From contig OY762007.1 of NCBI GenBank assembly GCA_963665115.1, forward strand, positions 8,608,001 to 8,672,000: a stretch of DNA of 64,000 nt. The letters run 5' to 3'. The translations under genes and the position numbers were made by a program. Positions 1-9,579 of the stretch are shown here, piece after piece; position 1 is the first letter of the stretch; the number at the start of each line of letters is the position of its first letter. Source of the DNA: an uncultured Rivularia sp. GTDB lineage: Bacteria; Cyanobacteriota; Cyanobacteriia; Cyanobacteriales; Nostocaceae. The notes beneath the pieces are model-generated. The model searched no databases. It was not told the DNA's origin and saw only the letters and a program-made list of their open reading frames with translations.

Positions 1-1
1 T

Positions 2-1829
2 TTGATTACAATTGTATTATTCTTTTTATTCTTAGGTTTTTTCCCTTTATTTAATAGTCCGAGCAAAACAGAAGTTCCCTACAGTCAGTTTCGGAATCAA
101 GTAAGGGCAGGAAAAGTAGGCAAAGTTATAGTAAAAGATGACATTGTAGAATATTTTCTGAAAACTGATTTAGATAAAGCCAAAAAATCTGAATCTGGTA
201 AATTAACTCGTCCGGAGAAAGCCTACGTTACAATTCCTTTACCAGAAGACCAAACTTTACCAAAGTTATTAGAAGACAATAACGTGGAATTTGGGGTTCG
301 TTCCAATGGTGGAGGTAACTGGATATTCACAGCTTTAGGTTGGGTTATTCCGCCATTTTTATTCTTTTTGATAATAGCTTGGTTTGCTAACCGCGCTCAA
401 GGTGGAGGAGATAGTTCAAACCCTCTAAGCGTTGGAAAAAGCAAAGCTAGAGTTTACTTCGGAGACAGTGGAGATAGAGTCACCTTTGCTGATGTCGCTG
501 GAATTGATGAAGCTTCTTCAGAATTACAAGAAGTAGTAGATTTTCTCAAAAATCCCGATCGATATACTCAAATAGGGGCAAAAATTCCTAAAGGAGTTTT
601 GTTAGTAGGGGCCGCCAGGAACTGGTAAAACCCTTTTAGCTAAAGCAGTTGCCGGAGAAGCTGGAGTTCCGTTTCTTAATGTCTCCGGTTCTGAATTTAT
701 GGAGATGTTTGTAGGGGTAGGTGCTGCAAGAGTCCGAGATTTGTTTGAACAAGCCAAGCAGTTGTCTCCCTGTATTGTATTTATCGATGAATTAGATGCT
801 CTGGGTAAGTCTAGAAGTGGTTCTGGAATGTTTGCTTCGAGCAATGAAGAACGCGAACAAACTTTGAATCAGATGTTGACTCAGATGGATGGTTTTGAAC
901 CAAATACAGGAATAATTATCATTGCTGCAACTAACCGACCGGAAATATTAGACCAAGCCTTGCTTCGTCCGGGACGTTTTGATAGACAAGTAGTTGTAGA
1001 TCGTCCAGACAGGCTGGGACGTTTGGCGATTCTAAAAGTGCATACGCAAAAAGTTAGGTTACACGAGAACATAGACTTAAGTATAATTGCAGCACGTACA
1101 CCCGGTTTTGCAGGTGCAGATTTAGCTAATTTGATCAATGAAGCTGCGCTGTTAGCTGCAAGAGAGCATCGAGAAGCCGTAACGATGGCAGATTTTAATC
1201 AAGCCTTAGAAAGGTTAATTGCAGGTTTAGAGAAAAAAACCCGCGTACTAAACGAAAAAGAAAGAGAAATCGTTGCTTATCACGAATGCGGTCATGCAAT
1301 AGTTGGTGCATTAGTATCAGGTGAAGTAGAAAAAATTTCTATTGTCCCAAGAGGAACAAGTGCTTTAGGCTACACATTGCAGCTACCAGGAGAAGACCGC
1401 TTTTTGATGTTAGAAGGGGAAGTTCGCGCTAGAATTACCACTTTGTTAGCTGGACGTAGTGCTGAAGAAGTCGTTTTTGGTCAGGTTTCCACAGGGGCAA
1501 GCGACGACATTCAAAAAGCAACCGATTTAGCCGAAAAAGCAGTTACGCTTTACGGTATGAGTAAGAATCTAGGACCGATCGCATTAGAAAAACCACAATC
1601 TTCATTTTTAGATGGTTCGCTAAATTCTCGTCGTCCTGTAAGCTCAATAGTAGCAGCAGCGATTGACACAGAAGTCAGAGAAATTATTGAAAACGCCCAT
1701 CATCAAGCACAATTAATTCTTAAAACTAATCGCGACTTACTTGAAGAAATGACCCAACATCTTCTAGAACATGAAGTCTTAGAAGGAGATATTTTGCGTT
1801 CCTATTTAGATAGAGTACAGGCAGTGTAG
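2..1829 (+). CDS. ftsH: ATP-dependent zinc metalloprotease FtsH; split by an apparent +1 frameshift at ~607-611; 5' end at the window edge
   Basis: Two TM segments and '[10 protein letters not shown]...[10 protein letters not shown]'. Removing one G from the GGGG run restores Walker A GPPGTGKT. The second ORF has Walker B IVFIDELD, the [23 protein letters not shown] and the zinc motif HECGH. Confidence 0.93.
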
Positions 1830-2565
1830 GGGAGTTGATACTGTTGCAAGACTTTTTATGCAACCAGCATAAATTTCTTGAATTTCGCTTCTTTTCTCCC
1901 TATTTTTTTTAAATAATTAGTAGTAATAGTTGTATAAATAATGTACTAGATTTGCAGCCGACTCACTTGAGTGTTTTGTCTCAGTTGCAGGATTGGCAAT
2001 GGGTAGACTACGAAAACTATTGTGCGCTGTTTTATGCTCAGGCGATCGCCACTACTTTTCCTGACGCTAAAATTTACATTGAATTTCCCGAAATGCTGGG
2101 ATTGGGATACCGTACCATTCAAGCCAAGCGAACTTCCGATATAGCGCTCACATCCACATGGGAAAGGGGTTAAGTCGATCTACAGTCAGTGGTTCATGCA
2201 ACCATCCCATTTTCACCGGGACATCATAAAGTCGTCCAGGTGCTAATCTTTTCCACAGATGATTGCCAGATTTATCGGGGATTGTGCGAGATTTTGCATC
2301 ATTCCAGAAAATGTAGAAATATAAAATTTCATCGGGGGGAGTCTCAAATATCATTCCCTTCCCTGCTGGAAGAGATGTTGGAAAAATTTCCTCAATGCTG
2401 GAATGTTTGGGCTAACGTAGGGCGATCGCTGAAGCTCAAGGCGAGTATTTACTTTTTGTAAATTGTTGATATTTTTGTCGTAAAGATGATGGTGAATCAT
2501 CAAACAACCAATCAAACCGTTGATTTATAAGACCGGGAATTTTGTCTATAGTCTTATTTAACTCA

Positions 2566-2682
2566 CATCTTGCACCAGTGTCAGAAACCCGGTTTCTTTG
2601 CGATTTCATAACGAGATATTCATGCTTTCAGTACTAGAAACCGGGTTTCTTTGGGCTTCTTGAAAATGGTGCAAGATATCAG
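2566..2682. mobile_element. MITE/short dispersed repeat with ATCTTGCACCA...TGGTGCAAGAT terminal inverted repeats
   Basis: TIRs visible directly. A near-identical inverted copy lies at ~48588-48708, and the same TIRs with a different interior occur at ~62844-63022. Confidence 0.75.
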
Positions 2683-2980
2683 ATTTAACTTACATCTTGC
2701 ACCTTTCTCAGTTTTGACTGGCATCAGGGCTATGGAGCTTGGTATTATGACGACTGCATATTTCCTGACTTTATAAGCACTTTTATTGCTGTCATCCTGA
2801 TTCAACCTTTCTAATTAAGCGAAACAAACCTTACTGTTGTAAGTCGGCAGAAATAAACATAACTATGTAACAGAGTGCAAATCAGCCTTAAACTCTTACC
2901 TCTACTGCCGACTGCCTGTCCTAATTACAATTTTCAACGCCGATCTACTCAACATAACTATTTTTATAACAATTGATTGT

Positions 2981-4789
2981 TTAAAAAGAAAAACTAGTCC
3001 GCATCAATCCAATCCAAGTTGTATCATTATCTGCGTTATGCTCTGGATTAGTAATTACCAAGAATCCGGGAGTGATAAATATTCTGTCATTAAGTGGATA
3101 GCGATAAGATAGTTCAAAATGTAAAGAAGTATCTTTATCTTCTCGCTCAAAAACGTCATTACTCGTAACCTTGGGAGGCATACCAAAGACAAAACTTAAT
3201 TGAGAACCTAGTTTACCTACATCCTTCAAAGATGCTGTAATAGCCCAACTCCATATGTCTGCATCAGCACCTTCGGAACCGCTCAAACCATTAGCACTGG
3301 GGGAAGATTCTGCATTAGTGTTAAAATAGCTTCCCCAACCTCCTAAAATAAATTTATCGCTTAATTTATAGGTAAACTGTAAGCCCAAAGCGTTGGAAGA
3401 TGTTGCAGTACTTCCACCAAAGGGTAGTTGAGCGAATTCGCTTCCTTTACTCCCAGTAACATTAATTGTGGCAGCAGGTTCGGGTGCATAGTAACGACCG
3501 TATGTCAAGGCAATGCCAAGTTTATCTGAGGGGGTGTATGTTACCTGAGTCAATGCGGTATATTGACCTTTAAATAGTCCTTCTTCTGGATTGCTGCCAG
3601 GAAAGGTTAAATAGCTGATACCTGCGGCTAATTCGTCAGTAAATTGATAGTAAGCGACTGCACCAGCACCAAAAGCAAAGGAATAGATCGGACTTTCTGC
3701 TCCAAAATTGGAGATTGAAGAGACGGGATTGAGAGCCGGGAAAATGCGAGTCGGGAAATCTGCTGCTGGTGCGATCGCCACTGTACCCTTTTCACCGATG
3801 GGAAATTGATAAAACAGCGTGCCTATTCTAATATCGTTACCAGTATTAGTTGCACCAATCAAGCGAGTCATATCGGTACCCGTAAAACCAGTACCGTAAT
3901 TAGGGACATTCCCTGCTTGTATTCTGGTTCTTAATCTATCTTTACCCGTAAAGCTGGTATCAAAGGTGAGAGATGCTCGTGATGAAAAAGTAAGGTTTTC
4001 TTCTATATCTTCCGTGGGGTTTTCTCCTGGAGGAACGGCTTTTTGATCTCCAGAAGCACCGATTAAATTAAAATTTACTCCACCTCGTAAAACAGTTGTA
4101 GTGCTAAACTGACGACTATCTGCAAGCGCAACTCTTTGCTCTAAATTATCTATTTTGGCAGTAATAATTTCTAATTCTTTAGCAAATTCTGTCTGCAACC
4201 TTTGCATCGCAGCCAAGTCTTCTTTTTGTTCGGAGATTCTATTACCCAAAGTGTAAATTGAACGTCCAACTTTTACTAAGCAAATATTTAAAGCTGCTGC
4301 AAATTCATAACGATTTAAGATTCGATTACCGTTGAAAGCTCCCGAACCAGAATCACTAATACAACGGTATTTTTCGACTAAACTTTGCAGCGCTTCATAA
4401 GCCCAATGTCCGGGGCTAATATCTTCTAATTGATCGACTCTAATAACTTCACCAAAATAAGGAGGAGAGTTATCAATTACTTCACCAAAGTAAGGAGTTC
4501 TAAAATTATCTGGTGTTTGTGAAATTACTTGGGGTTGTGAATTAGAAGTGGTTGCGGGTAATTGATTATCTGAAGATAATTTGAAAACTGAAGTTGTAGG
4601 TATTTTATTAGTGTCGGTTAAATTAACTTTATGTAAATTATCTACAGCATTTTTTGATTGTTTTAAAGTTTTTTTTAAATCTATATCCCGATTATTATTA
4701 AAATTTTCTTGAGCTAATGCAGAAGATAAAGTTAATATATTAGAACTTATAATTATTGAAATTATGGATAATGGTATATTCAATTTCAT
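2981..4789 (-). CDS. Cyanobacterial outer-membrane porin (SLH domain + OprB-type barrel)
   Basis: Signal peptide, SLH motif 'DISPGHWAYEALQSLVEKYRC...NRYEFAAAL', coiled coil, 'QFSTTTVLRG', and terminal 'MRTSFSF'. Confidence 0.92.
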   Translation of the reverse strand: MKLNIPLSIISIIISSNILTLSSALAQENFNNNRDIDLKKTLKQSKNAVDNLHKVNLTDTNKIPTTSVFKLSSDNQLPATTSNSQPQVISQTPDNFRTPYFGEVIDNSPPYFGEVIRVDQLEDISPGHWAYEALQSLVEKYRCISDSGSGAFNGNRILNRYEFAAALNICLVKVGRSIYTLGNRISEQKEDLAAMQRLQTEFAKELEIITAKIDNLEQRVALADSRQFSTTTVLRGGVNFNLIGASGDQKAVPPGENPTEDIEENLTFSSRASLTFDTSFTGKDRLRTRIQAGNVPNYGTGFTGTDMTRLIGATNTGNDIRIGTLFYQFPIGEKGTVAIAPAADFPTRIFPALNPVSSISNFGAESPIYSFAFGAGAVAYYQFTDELAAGISYLTFPGSNPEEGLFKGQYTALTQVTYTPSDKLGIALTYGRYYAPEPAATINVTGSKGSEFAQLPFGGSTATSSNALGLQFTYKLSDKFILGGWGSYFNTNAESSPSANGLSGSEGADADIWSWAITASLKDVGKLGSQLSFVFGMPPKVTSNDVFEREDKDTSLHFELSYRYPLNDRIFITPGFLVITNPEHNADNDTTWIGLMRTSFSF

Positions 4790-4817
4790 GATTTATTTAT
4801 TTATTTTTATTTTTAAC

Positions 4818-4930
4818 TGGTTCCCAGTCTCTGGCTGGGAACCCGTGCAGGGAGGCTCTGCCTCCAGATACATAAAGAAGAGGCAAGAGCCTCAGAGAAT
4901 GCTTTTTCAGTCTGGAGACTGGGAACGAGG
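4818..4930. repeat. Palindromic dispersed repeat (GAGGCTCTGCCTC/GAGGCAGAGCCTC family)
   Basis: Internal hairpins; a related copy lies at ~9452-9560. Confidence 0.65.
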
Positions 4931-4992
4931 AACAGGTTCGTAGTTGCGCTTCAGCGCCAACACACTTTAGCGCTAAAGCGCAACTACAAACA

Positions 4993-6012
4993 TCAATAAG
5001 GACGAACCTTAAACTCATCATTAGCAGTTTCAATAACTTTTTTAGCAACATCTTCGGGAATTCTGGTATATTCTAAATCCTCATTAAAACTTTGACCTTT
5101 AGTTAAAATCCATATCAATAATTCCTTATTTGCACTCACCGCTTCTTGGTTAGAATACCTTTTATGAAACAGCAGCCAAGTCAAACTAACTAAGGGATAA
5201 CCCTCTTTTGGATCGTTAATATCTTCTGTTGTAAAATCCGATTTAAATTTAACGTTAGCTAAAGCTTTCTTGGTTTCTGCTAAAGTTGGTTTAACGTAAC
5301 GTCCGGCTTGATTCTCAATCCTAGCTACTGACAAATTATTCCTGCGAGCAACGTTTGTTTGTACGTAACCAATTGCGCCATCAATTCTTCTGACTTCTCC
5401 AGCAACTCCGCTATCTTGAGAATGACGGGAAAATACATCAAATCCCCAATTTGGATTTCTACTGGCTGCTATTTTACCATTAGTAATTTTTTCTAAGTAT
5501 TTAGTTAAAATAAAAGACGTACCGCTACTACCGGAACGAACTACAACTTCAATATCTTTGTTGGGAAAACGAGGATTTACTTGTTGCCAATTTGAAATTT
5601 TACCTGTAAATATTTTGGCTAGTTTATCGCGAGATAATCTTACGTTGCTGCTTACATCTTTGAGATTGTAAACAACAGCTATTGCACCTCCCCCTGTCGG
5701 TACCATTAACAAACCATCTTCGATTTGATTTTGTTCGATGGGAGTAGGAATCAAAGTGGTAGCAGCAAAGTCTACAGATTGATTGCTAAATAACCGAATT
5801 CCACCACCACTTCCTACGACGGTATATTTAAACTTGTTACCTGTTTGAAGTTCGTACTCTTTTTGATAGCGCTCGAACAAAGGTTGAGGAAAAGAAGCAC
5901 CAGCACCTCTGAGTAATTGAGCAGAAACGGAATGGGTGGTAAAAGAAATCGTAATTGCAGTGACTGCGGTAGCTATTATATTTTGCCAATTACCAATTGT
6001 AAAAGTTTTCAT
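4993..6012 (-). CDS. pstS: Phosphate-binding protein PstS (likely start MKTFTIG at 6012)
   Basis: Motifs 'GAGASFPQP', 'GSGGG', 'RSGSSGTS', 'GAIGYV', 'YPLVSLTW'. The ORF-track extension to 6108 runs through a repeat element. Confidence 0.85.
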   Translation of the reverse strand: MKTFTIGNWQNIIATAVTAITISFTTHSVSAQLLRGAGASFPQPLFERYQKEYELQTGNKFKYTVVGSGGGIRLFSNQSVDFAATTLIPTPIEQNQIEDGLLMVPTGGGAIAVVYNLKDVSSNVRLSRDKLAKIFTGKISNWQQVNPRFPNKDIEVVVRSGSSGTSFILTKYLEKITNGKIAASRNPNWGFDVFSRHSQDSGVAGEVRRIDGAIGYVQTNVARRNNLSVARIENQAGRYVKPTLAETKKALANVKFKSDFTTEDINDPKEGYPLVSLTWLLFHKRYSNQEAVSANKELLIWILTKGQSFNEDLEYTRIPEDVAKKVIETANDEFKVRPY

Positions 6013-6229
6013 GAATATGTTTTCAAATATCTGGCGGTTAAAACCGCTACTATACGGGCAAAGTCCCTCCGGGTTCACCACTCCCCTCAACGGAGGGAAC
6101 CTCCGCACGGGGGTGGATTCACCACCTGCGTGGACTAATAAATTTAAACCCGTGCAGACGGGTTTTGCTTGTGTAGCCGTGACTTACAGTCGCCAGGTAA
6201 AATATATAATTCGACTTTACACCTCTGAT

Positions 6230-6772
6230 TTACGAACGTTCTAATTTATGGATAGTTACTTGATTAGCATCAGTGGGAATTTCAAACCAGAAACCATTAT
6301 CTACAGTAATCTCATAGACAAATTCACCCAGACGAGTACTTCGCCAAGTATTAACAATTTTGGCATTTGGTGCCCACCGCTTCAGGGCTTGGATGACATT
6401 TTCAGGAACAGCAGTGCGATCTACTTCTTCGTCAACTTCAATAATTTGTCCGTTAGGAGTAGCATCTACTGAAAATTTAAAGCCTTGTTGGTTTTGACCG
6501 CTTATTTCATAAACTATAGAACCATCTGATTTCATTTCTACTTGTGCTGCTGTTGGTTTGGCACCAGTAACAGTCATTACCGAAGCCATAGCAGGAAGTG
6601 GTACTTCCTCAAGAGATATTTTTCGTTCTATCCCACCAAAGGTTTGAGCTATCAAGATTTCTCTCTTGGGTAAAGATTGAGCAAAAGCATTACTCAAATT
6701 AATTGAAGAGAAAGCGATAGCTATTCCCGCAAAAGTTAAAATTTTGTACCAATTTTTAGCAAAGAAAATCAT
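6230..6772 (-). CDS. Secreted protein with two PepSY-like/BLIP-like repeats
   Basis: Signal peptide (AFA) and two repeats of the type 'EVPLPAM...YEI' / 'AVPENVIQAL...YEI'. Confidence 0.6.
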   Translation of the reverse strand: MIFFAKNWYKILTFAGIAIAFSSINLSNAFAQSLPKREILIAQTFGGIERKISLEEVPLPAMASVMTVTGAKPTAAQVEMKSDGSIVYEISGQNQQGFKFSVDATPNGQIIEVDEEVDRTAVPENVIQALKRWAPNAKIVNTWRSTRLGEFVYEITVDNGFWFEIPTDANQVTIHKLERS

Positions 6773-6825
6773 TTATTTTAGGAATTTAGAGATTAATTAT
6801 TCGCTGTGTTGTTTTTTTACCTTCA

Positions 6826-7872
6826 TCACTTTGCTCTCCCCAATACATTTAATAATTTCAGCTTCGATGTATTTAAAGCAGTTTCTTCTGGTGGTAAAGA
6901 GCCAGCATTTTCAACTTCTTCATCTATATTTTGTAAATAAAAATTAATGAATCCTTTTATTTCAGGTCGCGTCCTTATCTGTTCGGCATCTGCATAAATA
7001 AACATGGGACTAGTGAAAGGATAATTTTGAAAGGAACTAGGAGGAATACCATCAATAGAAATGACCGAGAACGCATTTTTATTTCTCATATAGTAGGTGT
7101 ATCCTATCAAGCCAATTACATCTTGATTTATCAGAGCATCTTGAATAAGCTCTTCTTCAAAGTTATAAATTTTTGTATTCGGTGCCTTAAGAACGCTCTG
7201 AGCATTACCGCCAAAAATTGTTTTAACAAATAAGTTTGCGACATTTCGTCTAATTGCTCTATCAGGCCAATCTTTATTAACATCCGACCACTTTTCGGCA
7301 GTGAATATTTTTCTTATATCCTCACGAGACAAATTGTTTGGCAGAAAATCGTTTTTACGGCTGACCACAATAGCCAAAGCATCCGTCGCTATTTGAAAGC
7401 TGATTGGTTCTCTACCTGCTTGATTGCAGGCTTGTACTTCTTGTGCATTTATGGGGCGATAAGCATTAAGAATATCTAGCTTGCCTTCGGAACAAAAAAG
7501 TTGAAAACCTTTACCCGTACCTGCACTAGTCACTTCTATCTTACCCGGATATCCTTCTTCTATAAAACGCTCTGCAATAGCCTGAGTAACAAAATACATG
7601 ATTGTGCTGCCACCAATTCTCAATTCTCCTCCCAGTTTGAGGGGGTTGACATTCGGTAAATTAATACCCGCGTTTGATTCCTCTAAAGCAGGTGTTGGCG
7701 AGGAAGTGGAAGAAATACTTTGTATACCTAAGTCTTCTTCTATACCCGAGCCTGCTGTTGCAGCGTTTTCAGATTTTCTGTTATTTGAATCGGAGTTGTT
7801 TGGACTATTACAACCACTCAACAAGAAAACAGCGATAATAAAACCAATAAACCCCCAACGATATATAAACAT
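6826..7872 (-). CDS. PstS/SphX-like substrate-binding lipoprotein
   Basis: Lipobox LLSGC, 'IGGSTIMYFV', 'SAGTGKGFQLFC', 'YPFTSPMFIY'. Several phosphate-ligand positions look divergent. Confidence 0.8.
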   Translation of the reverse strand: MFIYRWGFIGFIIAVFLLSGCNSPNNSDSNNRKSENAATAGSGIEEDLGIQSISSTSSPTPALEESNAGINLPNVNPLKLGGELRIGGSTIMYFVTQAIAERFIEEGYPGKIEVTSAGTGKGFQLFCSEGKLDILNAYRPINAQEVQACNQAGREPISFQIATDALAIVVSRKNDFLPNNLSREDIRKIFTAEKWSDVNKDWPDRAIRRNVANLFVKTIFGGNAQSVLKAPNTKIYNFEEELIQDALINQDVIGLIGYTYYMRNKNAFSVISIDGIPPSSFQNYPFTSPMFIYADAEQIRTRPEIKGFINFYLQNIDEEVENAGSLPPEETALNTSKLKLLNVLGRAK

Positions 7873-7912
7873 TTATTCTATGTACTATTATTTAGTAAAT
7901 AAGCAAGAAAAT

Positions 7913-9421
7913 TTAATTTAACGACCGGACTTTACCATTACTCGTAGCAGTTTCACGTGATTTACTACCAATACCTTGTAATGATTCCATTGCTTTTCTA
8001 CGCTGTTCGATAAATTGGCTAAACTCCGAAGAAAACTGCGGATTGCTCTCTATCATTTGCATCACATCTTCATCAGGAATCAGCACAACTTCGGCATCTT
8101 GGGGAGCAACAGCGGTGATGGGACTAACTTCACCTGGAAATATTGCCAGTTCGCCAAATACACTTCCATTTCCTAAAGAGTTTAACTCACGCTCCGAACC
8201 TTGTAGGGTTTTTGTTGAGATACGAACTTTACCCGCATAAACAAAGTACAATCCTTCGTCGTCTTGTCCCTGCTGTACGATATATTCACCAGAACCATAG
8301 GACACGAATTTTGCCTTCGTTGCTAATTGATTGATTTTTGCATCCTCTAGGCTAGATAAGTAAGTTAGCGAACGTAAAAAATCTGCCATTTCCTGGAGAC
8401 GGTTTTCTATTGCATTAGGGAGTCTATTCGGAAGCCCATCTTTAGCATCATAATTATATTGGACTTCAATTGGGTAGGGAATAGTGAAATTATGGCGTTT
8501 TGCTAAGTAGTAAATCCGCGTCATGAATCCGTTCAATATCTTCAAATTGCCACTATCGGGTGTCTTTTTAAACCAAACGCAGTAATTAATTGCGGAATCT
8601 CCAAAAGATTCGATAAATGGAAATACCATGCCGTCATAACCCAAATCATCCTCAAAACCTGTAGAAATGCTCTTCAAGGCAGATATAACGCGATCTGGAG
8701 CATCGTCGTAAGAAAAGCTGACTTTGACAGGCATCCAAACTCCCTCTTGAGCAAAGTTTTCAATAGTTGCCTTTGATAAAGTACCGTTAGGAATAGTTAT
8801 TTTTTTCTCCCATCCCCTATCTTCTAAAGTCACCGACCACCAGTTTTGCTCTACAACTCGTCCTTTGATGCCATTCACCTCAATCCAGTCCCCTTCCTTG
8901 AAAGGGCTAGCAATCAGTAGCAGCAGCCCCGACACTAGGTTACTCAGAGTATCTTGCAGCGCCAAAGCAACTACCAAAGAACCGACCCCCAAAGCTGCTG
9001 CCAAACCGCTCAAGTCAACCTCCCAGATTCCCCCCAGTACGCGGTAAAGAATCAGCAGAATCACGACCGCTCGTATTGTTTGGAATAATAGGTTGGGTAC
9101 CTGTATTTGTCCGGGAATAGAAGTTTTTTTAGTGCTTAAAAATGCGTTGAGCAAAGGAATTGCTGCGACTACAACCGCTACCCAGGTGAGCGTTTCTAGA
9201 AAGCGGGTAGAAGGTTCCGTGCTGGCAATGCGAAATAATATCCGGATAACTAGTAGCAATGCTAAGGGAGGCAAAACGTATACTCGGAGTCTTCGCAAAG
9301 CTATTGCTAAAGGATGCTGTCTCTTTGCTAACCGTTCGGCAACTTCGTGGAGTACCACGTTTAAAATCGGGAACCCCAGTCCTAATATAAATAGCCAGAT
9401 TAATAAGTTTGATTCAAGCAT
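7913..9421 (-). CDS. MscS-family channel with C-terminal cyclic-nucleotide-binding domain (bCNG-like)
   Basis: TM3 'GVGSLVVALALQDTLSNLVSG', 'PFKEGDWI', 'TIPNG'; the cNMP domain has 'GEYIVQQG...GSVFGELAIF'. Confidence 0.9.
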   Translation of the reverse strand: MLESNLLIWLFILGLGFPILNVVLHEVAERLAKRQHPLAIALRRLRVYVLPPLALLLVIRILFRIASTEPSTRFLETLTWVAVVVAAIPLLNAFLSTKKTSIPGQIQVPNLLFQTIRAVVILLILYRVLGGIWEVDLSGLAAALGVGSLVVALALQDTLSNLVSGLLLLIASPFKEGDWIEVNGIKGRVVEQNWWSVTLEDRGWEKKITIPNGTLSKATIENFAQEGVWMPVKVSFSYDDAPDRVISALKSISTGFEDDLGYDGMVFPFIESFGDSAINYCVWFKKTPDSGNLKILNGFMTRIYYLAKRHNFTIPYPIEVQYNYDAKDGLPNRLPNAIENRLQEMADFLRSLTYLSSLEDAKINQLATKAKFVSYGSGEYIVQQGQDDEGLYFVYAGKVRISTKTLQGSERELNSLGNGSVFGELAIFPGEVSPITAVAPQDAEVVLIPDEDVMQMIESNPQFSSEFSQFIEQRRKAMESLQGIGSKSRETATSNGKVRSLN

Positions 9422-9579
9422 TATTAAGGTTAAAGGTTAAAGGTTAATGTTCTCGTTACAAGGCTCTGCCTTGTAATGCTCTTCTTGAGGCTCTGCCTCA
9501 TGCACCCTGTTAGAGGCAGAGCCTCTAAAAATGCATTCCCAGCCTGGAGGCTGTGAACGAGGCTAAACTCCTACTACGA

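Noticed and set aside
2042..2049. Recurrent GCGATCGC palindromes
   Set aside because: This is HIP1, a well-known genome-wide cyanobacterial feature; used only as a taxonomic clue.
1952..2461. Short ORFs after ftsH
   Set aside because: No recognisable motifs; possibly a decayed gene, but I cannot support a call.
4797..5051. ORFs over repeat elements (also 2620-2805, 48606-48788, 59957-60163, 62969-63166)
   Set aside because: They are translations of palindromic dispersed repeats.
9423..9447. TTAAAGG / TAACCTT arrays (also 55156-55197) as Pho boxes near pstS
   Set aside because: The period is 7 bp (STRR-type), not the 11 bp of cyanobacterial Pho boxes, and the positions do not fit.
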